From Coleofasciculus sp. B1-GNL1-01 (GTDB lineage: Bacteria; Cyanobacteriota; Cyanobacteriia; Cyanobacteriales; Coleofasciculaceae), in NCBI GenBank assembly GCA_040220235.1, contig JAVJTO010000044.1: a stretch of DNA of 64,000 bases; one strand, written 5' to 3'. Position numbers and translations under genes: made by a program. Positions 1 through 9,425 of the stretch are shown one piece after another. The stretch's first letter is position 1. Each line of letters starts with the position of its first letter. The notes below the pieces were generated by a model. The model was not told where the DNA came from, ran no database searches, and saw only the letters and a program-made list of their open reading frames with translations.

Positions 1-407
1 CCCGTGGGTGCTGAATCAATAATTAGCACCTCGTACTCCCCTTCGTCATAGTGACGCTTCATCCGCACCAGACCGAAAATTTCATCCATTCCCGGAAGAA
101 TCGCTAATTCTTCCGCCTGAACCCCTTCTAGTCCCCGTGCTTGCAGTACCTGGGTAATATAGCGCTTCACCGCCCCCCAGTTTCCTTCCAATTCCATCAG
201 CGCATCCAGTTCCGCCCCCCAAAGGTTAGGATGAACGAGTCGGGGTTCGTGACTGAGTTCCAGGTCGAAACTATCAGCGAGGGAATGAGCGGGATCTGTA
301 CTCAGCACTAAGGTTTTATAACCCAATTCGGCACAACGCAGACCTGTGGCTGCGGCTACGGAGGTTTTACCGACTCCGCCTTTGCCTGTCATCAAAATTA
401 CTCGCAT
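1..407 (-). CDS. ArsA/GET3 (TRC40) family ATPase, 5' part (runs off the window edge)
   Basis: Manual translation from ATG at 407: [20 protein letters not shown]...STDPAHSL...LPGMDE...IIDSAPTG. It has the deviant Walker A (GKGGVGKT), STDPAH and DSAPTG motifs. Confidence 0.92.
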   Translation of the reverse strand, partial: MRVILMTGKGGVGKTSVAAATGLRCAELGYKTLVLSTDPAHSLADSFDLELSHEPRLVHPNLWGAELDALMELEGNWGAVKRYITQVLQARGLEGVQAEELAILPGMDEIFGLVRMKRHYDEGEYEVLIIDSAPT

Positions 408-460
408 AGATAATTTCGCTCACCTGAGAAACCTTTACATTTATTTACTGTATCGGGTTT

Positions 461-844
461 TCACCGAAACAGTTGCTTGAGAACATTCAAGCGGGGGATA
501 TCCCAATAATCGATATGGGAAGAAATTAGTCCATCTGCATTTAGACGTAATTCGCTCCAACCGGGGATAGAAATTCGTGGTTTCCAGGGGAGGGGTGTTG
601 TCCAGCTTAAAGTCCAGCGCGTTTTGATGGTATCGCCGGATTGGGAAATGTCGTGTAGGTCGAGTTGGGGATTGATGAACCAGGTTTGGATGAATCCCAG
701 CATTTGTTTGTAGCGATCAAGTCCCCGGAACTCGTTGAGGGGGTCTTTGAAAAAGACATTGTTGGCGTAGATGCTGTAGGTTTGGTCAACGGGAAAGCGT
801 TGATAGTCCTGTTTGAGGATTTCAATAATGTCTCTATTTGTCAT
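461..844 (-). CDS. DUF2358 / SnoaL-like (NTF2-fold) protein
   Basis: 127 aa with IY..NVFFKDPL..FRG...Y, TRWTL and HIDYWD motifs; lies directly upstream of the arsA-like gene. Confidence 0.8.
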   Translation of the reverse strand: MTNRDIIEILKQDYQRFPVDQTYSIYANNVFFKDPLNEFRGLDRYKQMLGFIQTWFINPQLDLHDISQSGDTIKTRWTLSWTTPLPWKPRISIPGWSELRLNADGLISSHIDYWDIPRLNVLKQLFR

Positions 845-881
845 TTATTATCGCTGAGATGTTATTTTTTTTACGATACCA

Positions 882-1004
882 TACGTAGTCGGACACAATT
901 CAACTTAAGCGTGAGGACAAGAGAACAGGGAATAGGGAATAGGGAATAGGGAACAGTTAGGATTTGCTCTTAGTCCAGCGCACCGAATGCATATCCAGAT
1001 AATT
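882..1004. mobile_element. MITE-like element family B (degenerate copy) carrying an AGGGAAT STRR
   Basis: Begins TACGTAGTCGGACA. Its TCTTAGTCCAGCGCACCGAAT segment matches TCTTAGTACAGCGTACAGAAT in the reverse complement of 55750-55859. AGGGAAT x3 plus AGGGAAC at 927-954. Confidence 0.55.
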
Positions 1005-1074
1005 CCGATAATAGTAAACTCATCCCACTGAGTCTTTGATGTGGAATGAGTTTAAAAGTTGACTAAAGGTTTAT

Positions 1075-1494
1075 TTAGGGGGTCGTGCCAAAAATTTGTT
1101 CCTTGAAAGACTTCACTTGTAAAGCTAAGTCTTCACGGTGGGCAGCATTGAGCAAATAGCGGCAAATAAACCAACTTACATAAGCAATGCCAATTATCTC
1201 TAGGAATAAGCCTAAGAAGGGAATCGTATTAATCGCATTCAGGACAGCCAGACTTAGCTTGAGACTGGTTAGGGCAGCTATAATCCAAGCAACCGCGATA
1301 AAAATTTGCTTGGTGTTCGTAACTCGGTCGTTTAGGTGATCAGAGAGAGTCTCTATCGTCTCGATCAAGGTGGAAATGAGTTGAACCCAAGGCTGTTTTT
1401 TTTCTTCTGTGAGAATTTCGCTGGTGATTTCCGGATGGCAGGTTTCCGAGTTGGAGTTAACTGGCTGTTCAGGGATTGCCATTTTAGCAGTCAT
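1075..1494 (-). CDS. CAAD/CURT1-like membrane protein
   Basis: Two hydrophobic helices followed by AINTIPFL...LEIIGIAYVSWF..RYLL....REDL, the CAAD pattern. Confidence 0.8.
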   Translation of the reverse strand: MTAKMAIPEQPVNSNSETCHPEITSEILTEEKKQPWVQLISTLIETIETLSDHLNDRVTNTKQIFIAVAWIIAALTSLKLSLAVLNAINTIPFLGLFLEIIGIAYVSWFICRYLLNAAHREDLALQVKSFKEQIFGTTP

Positions 1495-1745
1495 TTTTTT
1501 ATTTGGAGAACGACAATGCGCGAATGATGGAAGTGAGGGAATGTCGAGAACAAGGAGAGCGTCTTAAAGTTAAGACTTAAACTCTGATTTTGCTCAATCT
1601 ATTACTTTACCCCTCGCTTTTCTTTAGTGTATTTATGAGAAGTGGTACGGGTCAATATTATTGCTAAATCAACATAAAAGCTTAGCTATTTATTTATCAT
1701 TACTTCAAAGTATTATGCTGCAATTTAATCTCTCTTGAATGGTTA

Positions 1746-1780
1746 TAAGTAGTCGGACAAAATTTATGTCCAGGTACTTA
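1746..1780. mobile_element. Collapsed MITE family B (two ends only)
   Basis: TAAGTAGTCGGACA-AAATTTA-TGTCCAGGTACTTA; essentially the same two ends as 55750-55859. Confidence 0.55.
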
Positions 1781-1867
1781 CTCAGATCTTGTGTCCTTGG
1801 CGTTAAGTTGTTGGGTTTCGTCCCTCAACCCAACCTACAACGTTGACATGTACCCTGTAGGAGGGCT

Positions 1868-1995
1868 TAAGCTGTCATGCATTTAAATTGGGAATGGGTA
1901 GCGAGCAAGATGCAAAGCCTGCGGCATGGCTTCGCTAAACGCACTACACGGCTTTCGCCATTATTGACATTAAGGTTTAAATGCCGAACAGCTTA
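1868..1995 (+). mobile_element. MITE family A, copy 1 (TA-flanked)
   Basis: Ends TAAGCTGTCATGCATTTAAA and TTTAAATGCCGAACAGCTTA. Near-identical (4 mismatches seen) to 35908-36035. Confidence 0.85.
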
Positions 1996-2258
1996 GTCTT
2001 CTACAATGTCTAAGTATTGAATAGTCTTGTGGGGGGGTAAGGAGCAGGGGAAGCTGAGGGAGCTTCGTCCCTTCCTTCACTAGGATTAACGCTACGTCTG
2101 GTGTCAAGTTACTTACACAAATCTTAATGGAAAAACCTAGCTGTCAATCATGGCGATCGCGAATCGCTATCATCGATTAGTTCTGCTACTGCAAGTCATC
2201 ATAGCCATAATAATCAAAAACCGAATAACATACCATTAGTCATTCCCACTTCTCAACT

Positions 2259-3140
2259 ATGACGTTCTATCGCTGGCTGCCTATCCTTTCCACCGTGATT
2301 TGCCTGGTTGCCCCAATCTCCAATCCAGCAACGGCACAATCATCCTCACCGTCTGAAAATACCTGTCCAGCACCTGCCCTTTCGCGCTTGCAGAAACACA
2401 AAGTCGCGCCGGGTGAAACATTAGATAGTATTGCTGAACGATACAGTCTAATCCCAGAAACCTTAGCAGAACTCAATCCTAGCTTGTCAGGGAAATCCAT
2501 GCCCGTGGGTCGAGAGATTCTGATTCCTCCCTTTAATGGAATTCAGGTGCAAGTTCCGGCGGGGGCTAGCTGGCAAGACTTAGCTGGGGCTTATGGTATC
2601 CGTGCTGATATTTTATTTGAGGTCAATGGCTGTGTGCTACAACCACCAGGAGTTGTTTTTGTCTCAGGGGTGAATTGGGTACTGGCAAATCGCAAGCCTG
2701 TGGAAAACTATACTGGATTTTCTGGTTATCCCTTGCCCCAGTTAGCGCCCATGGGGTTTAATTACGGTTGGCATCAAAATGGCGATGGACAAACTCAGTT
2801 TCACAGTGGTATTGATCTATTGGCAGACCCTGGAACCACGGTGTTAGCGGTAGATTCCGGTACAGTTGCCTTTGCGGGTCAACAAGGAACCTATGGTAAT
2901 TTAGTTGTGATCAATCACCAAGGTGGACGCCAAACCCGGTATGCTCATTTAAGTCGTCTTTCGGTGAGAACGGGTCAACGGATCAAACCGGGAACACCCT
3001 TAGGGGCGGTGGGTACTACAGGAAGTCCAGACATTGACCAACCTCATTTGCATTTTGAAGTTCGCTTCAACGCGCCTGCGGGTTGGGTAGCCCAAGACCC
3101 GGAGTTACATTTGACGGCAAGACCGATAAATGACGAATGA
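2259..3140 (+). CDS. LysM + M23 family metallopeptidase, secreted
   Basis: Signal peptide, LysM (HKVAPGETLDSIAERY), HSGID and HLHFEV M23 zinc motifs. Confidence 0.92.
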   Translation: MTFYRWLPILSTVICLVAPISNPATAQSSSPSENTCPAPALSRLQKHKVAPGETLDSIAERYSLIPETLAELNPSLSGKSMPVGREILIPPFNGIQVQVPAGASWQDLAGAYGIRADILFEVNGCVLQPPGVVFVSGVNWVLANRKPVENYTGFSGYPLPQLAPMGFNYGWHQNGDGQTQFHSGIDLLADPGTTVLAVDSGTVAFAGQQGTYGNLVVINHQGGRQTRYAHLSRLSVRTGQRIKPGTPLGAVGTTGSPDIDQPHLHFEVRFNAPAGWVAQDPELHLTARPINDE

Positions 3141-4267
3141 CGAACTTTATCATATCATTACGTCGCAGCGGAGCATTGTTGCTGTCAGTGGGTACGGTCA
3201 GCTTCTTGTGTGGTATGGGTTATGGTGTTGTCCAAAGCTATCCTGAACCCCCAGCAGAACCAATCATTCAACCTCAATCGGATATCCCCACAGAACCCCC
3301 GCCGCCGAATGTGACGGTTCAGATTAAAGCCGTGGGGGATATTATTCCGGGTACGAATTATCCTCAGAATAAACTGCATCCCAATAAAGCGGTTCTTTTC
3401 CAAGCCGTTCAACCCAGCCTGCAAGGTGCTGATTTATTATTTGGTAATTATGAGAGTACTTTAACGAATTATCCCTATTCTGCTAAGTCGATAGGGGGAT
3501 TAATTATCGCCTTTCGCACGCCGCCTGATTATGCCTCTTTGTTAAAAGAGGTGGGCTTTGATATTATGAGCGTTGCCAACAACCATTCTTATGATTTCTC
3601 ACGTCAAGGATTTGCAGATACTATTAATAATTTGGAACAGGCTGGAGTTAAAGCATTAGGCGAAAAGAATCAGATTTTATATGCTAACATTAATGATCTA
3701 TGGATTGCTTGGATTGGTTTTAGTTATTTTAATTATCACAATTCGTTGAATGATTTGCCTGCCGCTATAGCATTAGTGGAAGAAGCCAGTCAAAATGCTC
3801 ATATCGTGATTATTTCCGTTCATGCAGGGGCAGAAGGTACTGGGGCAATGCACGTTCGCAATCAAACGGAGTATTTTTTTGGCGAAAATCGTGGCAATCT
3901 GGTTAAGTTTTCCCGGACGATGATTGACCATGGCGCTGATTTAATTCTCGGACATGGACCTCATGTTCCTAGAGCTTTGGAGCATTATCAAGGGAAGTTA
4001 ATTGCCTATTCTTTAGGTAATTTTATGGGATATCGGACGCTCTCGACTCAAGCTCAATTGGCGTATTCTTTGGTATTGGAGGTAGAGTTGGATAACCAAG
4101 GTGATTTGGTTTCGGGTCAAATTATTCCAATTCTGCTCAATCGTCAGGGGATTCCTTACCCGGATTCCCAAGGGCGCACGATTCGACTGATGCGCCAGCT
4201 TACTCAGAGTGATTTTCCGAATACTCCTTTACAGATTGATTCAACGGGTAAAATTATGCCCCAGTAA
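3137..4267 (+). CDS. CapA (PGA_cap) family metallophosphoesterase-like protein
   Basis: AVGDI, GNYE, ANNHSYD, SVHAGAE, GHGPHV and YSLGNF motifs; N-terminal membrane anchor; ATGA overlap with the M23 gene. Confidence 0.9.
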   Translation: MTNFIISLRRSGALLLSVGTVSFLCGMGYGVVQSYPEPPAEPIIQPQSDIPTEPPPPNVTVQIKAVGDIIPGTNYPQNKLHPNKAVLFQAVQPSLQGADLLFGNYESTLTNYPYSAKSIGGLIIAFRTPPDYASLLKEVGFDIMSVANNHSYDFSRQGFADTINNLEQAGVKALGEKNQILYANINDLWIAWIGFSYFNYHNSLNDLPAAIALVEEASQNAHIVIISVHAGAEGTGAMHVRNQTEYFFGENRGNLVKFSRTMIDHGADLILGHGPHVPRALEHYQGKLIAYSLGNFMGYRTLSTQAQLAYSLVLEVELDNQGDLVSGQIIPILLNRQGIPYPDSQGRTIRLMRQLTQSDFPNTPLQIDSTGKIMPQ

Positions 4268-4314
4268 TTGTCATTGGTTATTGGTCATTGGTCAAATAAT
4301 TATTCACTTGGAAA

Positions 4315-4373
4315 GGGCGGGTTTAGTTACATCAGGGTCAAACACAAAGGATTATAGTGAAACCCGCCCCTAC
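4315..4373. repeat. REP-like GTAG palindrome (GGGCGGGTTT...AAACCCGCCCCTAC)
   Basis: Same family at 11877-11939, 47136-47194 and 50241-50418 (interrupted); partial copy near 27770. Confidence 0.75.
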
Positions 4374-4430
4374 AAATTAAAAAACTCATGCGCCAGGTTC
4401 CCTCGAAGGTCGTGAAGGATCAAAACTATT

Positions 4431-5135
4431 TCATTCTCCATCCTTTTTTTGACTCGAATTTTTCCCTTCAGAGAATCGTTCTTTGAGTTTATCCCCAGCG
4501 GCTTTGGCTTGGTCGGTGAGATTATCTGTAACCTGGGGAACACCTTGTTTTAGGGATTCTACATGCTGAAGGGTTTTCTTGTAGTCACGGCGAATAAATT
4601 CTGCGGCTTGACTCATGCGTTCATGGACGCCTTCGGTATATTTCTCACTGTTTTTTACTGCCGCCTCTAGTACAATAATTCGCTTTTTTCCCACACTAGA
4701 AACGGCGGCGGGTGCAAGGGTATAAATCCCGTCAATGATTCCTTGCCAACCACTGGAGGAATATAAGTAATTCACGATGGCTCCGGTTTGGGGTTCAATT
4801 ATATAATCAACCAGTTTGCCGACTTGGTTTCCAGCATCTGTCCAGACTTCTACACCAATGCGAGACTCGAGGGGTTCAGTGGTTTCCGAGGCGGTTTCTT
4901 CCTTAAGGCTGTTGACAAGAATGCTATCGCTGCCAATAGTATTGACTTGTTCCCAGGTAAAGTGGTGTTTTTTGCCGCCGAGAAACCCGGACTTGCAGGT
5001 TAACCCAACGACGCAGTGGGCTTGCAAATCAAGCCATAGCTGTGTCACTCGACCGACTTCTTCAGCGGTATGACGATTTAAGACTAATCGGTTTAGGAGT
5101 TCGCTTTGCTTGAGAACTTCGGCTTTTGCGGACAT
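4431..5135 (-). CDS. PRC-barrel domain protein
   Basis: Two PRC-barrel-like units (EEVGRVTQLWLD; VWTDAGNQVGKLVDYIIEPQTGAI). Confidence 0.85.
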   Translation of the reverse strand: MSAKAEVLKQSELLNRLVLNRHTAEEVGRVTQLWLDLQAHCVVGLTCKSGFLGGKKHHFTWEQVNTIGSDSILVNSLKEETASETTEPLESRIGVEVWTDAGNQVGKLVDYIIEPQTGAIVNYLYSSSGWQGIIDGIYTLAPAAVSSVGKKRIIVLEAAVKNSEKYTEGVHERMSQAAEFIRRDYKKTLQHVESLKQGVPQVTDNLTDQAKAAGDKLKERFSEGKNSSQKKDGE

Positions 5136-5227
5136 CAGATACCTCGCTTGAGCTATTCTTGAGACAATGTGACTTGCTGTTCGATCAAGTGCTTTGTGTT
5201 GTGTATTTAAATTTTAGCTGACAACGG

Positions 5228-5590
5228 ATGCGATTATTTTTAATTTTAGCGGTTGTTATCGCCATCTTAGCAATTATTTTTGCGTTGCAAAATGCTGTGC
5301 CTATCGCCGTTACTTTAGGGATTTGGCGAGTCGAGATATCTTTGGCGTTAGTTCTAGTCTTAACGCTAGGGGTTGGCGTTGTGGTGGGATTATTGGTATC
5401 GGTCCCATCCCTGATGCGGCAAAATTGGAAACTTGCTCATCAGAAGCGACACAACAAAGACTTAGAGAAAGAATTAAATGAGCAAACTCAGCAACTGGCG
5501 AATCAGCAAAAACGGATTGAATATCTGGAAAATAGTTTAAAGTTCAATCTAGATTCTTCTGAATCAACTGATCGGGATGTAAATGCATAG
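5228..5590 (+). CDS. LapA (DUF1049) family membrane protein
   Basis: FALQN motif, two TM helices and a C-terminal coiled coil. Confidence 0.8.
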   Translation: MRLFLILAVVIAILAIIFALQNAVPIAVTLGIWRVEISLALVLVLTLGVGVVVGLLVSVPSLMRQNWKLAHQKRHNKDLEKELNEQTQQLANQQKRIEYLENSLKFNLDSSESTDRDVNA

Positions 5591-5728
5591 GCTATTTATG
5601 GGGGAGGTTTTGCCTATAATCCCTTCTTGTGGCATTAGCAAGGAGAGGAAACCAGAAAATCGAATGGCTTTAGGTTTCCCCCTACAGAGAATACGTGATG
5701 CGATCGCGGTATCAGTCTCTTCTGCCTT

Positions 5729-6076
5729 TTACTTTTCCTTGAACAGCGAGTTAAACTGGGCTTTAAGCGATGGCATATCGGCGATTCGTGACACCAGTAC
5801 ACTGGCGTTCCCGGCATCCTCTAGACGATCTTTCCAATAGCGAATCCGATCCGGGTGATTCATCCAGAATTGAATCACGGTGTCCACCGCTCTATCCATA
5901 TTCCATCCCTTCTGAGTAGGAACGGTTTCAACCGATTCTAAGAAGGCATCCAAGGTACATTGATAGGTTCCCAAATATTCAACGCCTGGGGGAGTTGCCT
6001 TTTCACCGATCCGCTGTTGATGATTAAAAAAGTCCAGGATAGGCGAAACGCCAAGGATATCAAATGTATAGTTCAT
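5729..6076 (-). CDS. Hypothetical protein
   Basis: 115-aa ORF with ATG start and normal composition; divergent from the kinase gene. Confidence 0.7.
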   Translation of the reverse strand: MNYTFDILGVSPILDFFNHQQRIGEKATPPGVEYLGTYQCTLDAFLESVETVPTQKGWNMDRAVDTVIQFWMNHPDRIRYWKDRLEDAGNASVLVSRIADMPSLKAQFNSLFKEK

Positions 6077-6208
6077 GGAATTTAATCTCTACTTTTACAG
6101 CCGTTATCCCCAATTTTAATTAAATAAATTGATTCTAGATTATCATTGTGAACAGTTTTATGAAAATTTTATTTAACGGTCGAGGGTAAGTTAAAGTAAG
6201 TCGTGAAA

Positions 6209-6235
6209 TTAGCACTCGATGCCATTGAGTGCTAA
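6209..6235. promoter_or_regulatory. CIRCE operator (HrcA binding site), perfect consensus
   Basis: TTAGCACTC-GATGCCATT-GAGTGCTAA matches TTAGCACTC-N9-GAGTGCTAA exactly; 53 bp upstream of the ATG at 6289. Confidence 0.9.
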
Positions 6236-6288
6236 TAAAAACCAGAGAAATTCGGTAGTTTAGCAACAACGAATGACCAAGAACTAAA

Positions 6289-8265
6289 ATGAACATACTC
6301 CTGGCGGGTCACTATCAAATCATCAAATACTTAGGCGGTGGCGGTTTCGGTCAAACGTTTCTGGCTAGAGATAGCCATTTACCGGGGAATCCCTGGTGTG
6401 TGGTTAAGCAACTCAAACCTCAGCTAAACCAGCCGCAAGCCCTGGAAACGGCAAAACGCTTATTTGAACGGGAAGCGCAAACCCTGTATCGCTTGGGAAC
6501 CCACGATCAAATCCCCCGATTGCTGGCGCACTTTGAGCAAGATGAGGAGTTTTACTTGGTGCAGGAGTTTGTCGAGGGTCAACCCCTGAACCAAGAATTT
6601 GCTCTGGGTCAAAAAATCACTGAATCAGAAGCGATCGCACTGCTTAACGATATCTTAAAGGTCTTAGCCTTTGTTCACCAACAGCAGGTGATTCACCGCG
6701 ACATTAAACCCGCCAACTTGATTCGCCGTCGTCGCGATCGCAAAATTGTGTTGATTGATTTTGGTGTGGTCAAAGCCGTTAGTACGCCCGCCTCTAACCT
6801 TTATGGCGCAACCAGTATCACTGTAGCTGTGGGTTCTCCCGGTTATATGCCCAGCGAACAACAAGTCGGTCAACCTTATTTTAGTAGTGATATCTACGCC
6901 GTGGGGATGGTGGTGTTGCAAGCCTTAACTGGATTAAGTCCCACCAGTAAGCAAACCTCTCAGAGACTCCCTCGTGATCAGTATGGAGAATTTTCTTGCA
7001 CCTTACTGCGCGATCGCATGACGATTCATCCCGGTTTAGCCGCTATTCTAGATAAGATGGTGCGCTATGACTATCGACAGCGATATCGAGACGCCAGTGA
7101 AGCCCTGCAAGCCCTAGATCAATTCCGCCACCATACCCAAGGCGATGAACCCATTACTCATCCGCAAACCCTGGTTGTCCCCACCACTCATCCTCAATCA
7201 CCCATCACTGATCACCAAACCCCCACATTACCCTTTTCCTCACCTCAGACGCTAGATGAACCCGAAGGACAGGTAAGTTTGAATTCTAGCTTTTACGTCG
7301 AGCGTCCTCCTGTAGAATCAGACTGTTATAATGCTATTCTCAAACCCGGTGCTTTAATTCGGGTAAAAGCGCCGCGACAAATGGGCAAAAGTTCGTTACT
7401 CTCACGGATTCTCAACTATGCCAGTCAGCAAGGCTATCGCACCGTTTGCCTGAATTTTCAATCGGCTGATGCAGAGTTTCTCACCAGTTTAGATCAATTT
7501 TTACAATGGTTTTGTGCCAGCGTGAGCTGGAATTTAGGCTTAGACGATCGCTTAGACACCTATTGGCGAGGAATTTTAGGCAGTAAGAATAAATGTACCG
7601 ATTATTTTCAACGCTATTTATTATCGCAAACCACTCGTCCTTTAGTATTGGGATTAGATGAAGTGGATCAAGTTTTCCAATATCCAGACATCGCCACAGA
7701 CTTTTTTGGACTGTTGCGAGCATGGCATGAGCAGGGGAAGAACCAGGCAATTTGGCAGCGACTGCGATTAGTGTTTGTTCATTCTAAAGAAGTTTATATT
7801 CCCCTGAATATTAATCAATCCCCTTTTAATGTTGGCATACCGATTGAACTCCCGGAATTGAATCCGGTACAAGTCTGGGATTTAGTCCAGCGCCATTCTC
7901 TAGATTGGCAACCCAACCAGGTGGAAGAACTGATGAGTATGACTGGAGGACATCCCTATCTGGTGCGAGTCGCACTTTATCAAATCGCCCGAGGGAAGAT
8001 GACATTGGAGAAATTGCTGCAAGTTGCGCCGACGGAAGAAGGACCCTTCTATGACCATTTACGTCGCCATTTATTAAATTTAGAAGAAAATGCCGAATTG
8101 GTGGCAGCGATTCAGCAAGTTGTGGCGGCGAATCAGCCTGTTGAAATTAAAGCCGCCGCTGCGTTTAAATTACGCAGTATGGGACTGGTGAAGTTTCAGG
8201 GAAACGCTGTCACACCCTTGTGTCAGATGTATCGCCGCTATTTTCGCGATCGGCTCAAAAATTAA
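6289..8265 (+). CDS. Ser/Thr protein kinase fused to an AAA_35-like ATPase
   Basis: GGGGFG, HRDIKPAN and DFG kinase motifs; Pro/Thr linker; APRQMGKS Walker A, LDEVD Walker B, SPFNVG and GGHPYL. Confidence 0.93.
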   Translation: MNILLAGHYQIIKYLGGGGFGQTFLARDSHLPGNPWCVVKQLKPQLNQPQALETAKRLFEREAQTLYRLGTHDQIPRLLAHFEQDEEFYLVQEFVEGQPLNQEFALGQKITESEAIALLNDILKVLAFVHQQQVIHRDIKPANLIRRRRDRKIVLIDFGVVKAVSTPASNLYGATSITVAVGSPGYMPSEQQVGQPYFSSDIYAVGMVVLQALTGLSPTSKQTSQRLPRDQYGEFSCTLLRDRMTIHPGLAAILDKMVRYDYRQRYRDASEALQALDQFRHHTQGDEPITHPQTLVVPTTHPQSPITDHQTPTLPFSSPQTLDEPEGQVSLNSSFYVERPPVESDCYNAILKPGALIRVKAPRQMGKSSLLSRILNYASQQGYRTVCLNFQSADAEFLTSLDQFLQWFCASVSWNLGLDDRLDTYWRGILGSKNKCTDYFQRYLLSQTTRPLVLGLDEVDQVFQYPDIATDFFGLLRAWHEQGKNQAIWQRLRLVFVHSKEVYIPLNINQSPFNVGIPIELPELNPVQVWDLVQRHSLDWQPNQVEELMSMTGGHPYLVRVALYQIARGKMTLEKLLQVAPTEEGPFYDHLRRHLLNLEENAELVAAIQQVVAANQPVEIKAAAAFKLRSMGLVKFQGNAVTPLCQMYRRYFRDRLKN

Positions 8266-8413
8266 TCGCCAATCTGAATACAGCGTTAACATTGCGCCAC
8301 CCACTGATAACGTGACTCAATCCGCCCATCTCACGTTTACTTTTACCTTCTACCTTTTGCTAGATTATCAAATTCAGGTTTATCATAGAGAATAAGTCTC
8401 TACGAATTAATTA

Positions 8414-9355
8414 ATGGTATCTGCAACCTGTTCTCTATCCATCATGGTGGCGCGAACTGACATCCCCTTCATGATGCATACGATTCCTCATATTGTAAGG
8501 ATGTGTAATTATCCGTTTACGCAACGCCTTTTAGCTGTAGATACAGCGCCCTTGTCCGGTGACAAAGTGAATCGTCCGGGTGTGGGAACAATGGAACAAC
8601 TCCGGGATTATTGTGATCAACTATTAACAGCAGGTGTAGTTGACAAGGTTGTTGATATTGATTACTCTCCAGAGTATCAGAAACGGATTTATCAAAAACA
8701 TTTTGGCGATCGCATACGCCCGAGTCATAATTACAAAGGGTATCCAATTCTCGGCACAATTTTCTCCATTGAAGAAGTTCCGGGAGACTATGTGGTTCAC
8801 TTTGATAGTGATATGCTGATTCATCAGCAACCGGACTACAGTTGGATAGAAGAGGGGATTAAGTTACTGCAAAACCATCCTGATGTGATGTCCGTTAGAC
8901 CCCTAACTGGTCCCCCCAAAGAAGATGGAGACATTAATCAACGGGTTCCTTACGAACGAGATCCGGCGGGGTTCTATAAATTTAAGTTTTTTAGCAGTCG
9001 TGTTTATTTGAGCGATCGCAAACGTTTTGATAGCTTACTTCCCCTCTCCGTTCTCTGGAGATCTTACAAAAATAAAGCTTTGAATGGATTACCTAACTCG
9101 ATAAAAACCAAACTAAATTATTTGACCGGGAAAGGGAAATTAGACTCTTGGGAAATTATGGTATCACAACGCTTGGAAGAAACCGCCTATGTGCGAGCAG
9201 TTCTGGATTCCCCCCAAGCTTGGACGGTTCACCCCAAAAATCGAGAACCCGAATTTATCGCAGCGCTCCCCAAACTGATAGAGAAGATTGAGCAAGGATG
9301 GTATCCACCCGAACAAGCTGGGTATTATGATCTCATTTTTGAGCATTGGTTATAA
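8414..9355 (+). CDS. Putative glycosyltransferase (GT-A/GT2-like)
   Basis: HFDSDML DXD motif within a GT-A-like context. Confidence 0.65.
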   Translation: MVSATCSLSIMVARTDIPFMMHTIPHIVRMCNYPFTQRLLAVDTAPLSGDKVNRPGVGTMEQLRDYCDQLLTAGVVDKVVDIDYSPEYQKRIYQKHFGDRIRPSHNYKGYPILGTIFSIEEVPGDYVVHFDSDMLIHQQPDYSWIEEGIKLLQNHPDVMSVRPLTGPPKEDGDINQRVPYERDPAGFYKFKFFSSRVYLSDRKRFDSLLPLSVLWRSYKNKALNGLPNSIKTKLNYLTGKGKLDSWEIMVSQRLEETAYVRAVLDSPQAWTVHPKNREPEFIAALPKLIEKIEQGWYPPEQAGYYDLIFEHWL

Positions 9356-9425
9356 GTACAAAAGTTCTGAGAAGTTTATTTTAACCTAATTTACTGCTAA
9401 ATACTATTGAATTTATGAAAGATTA

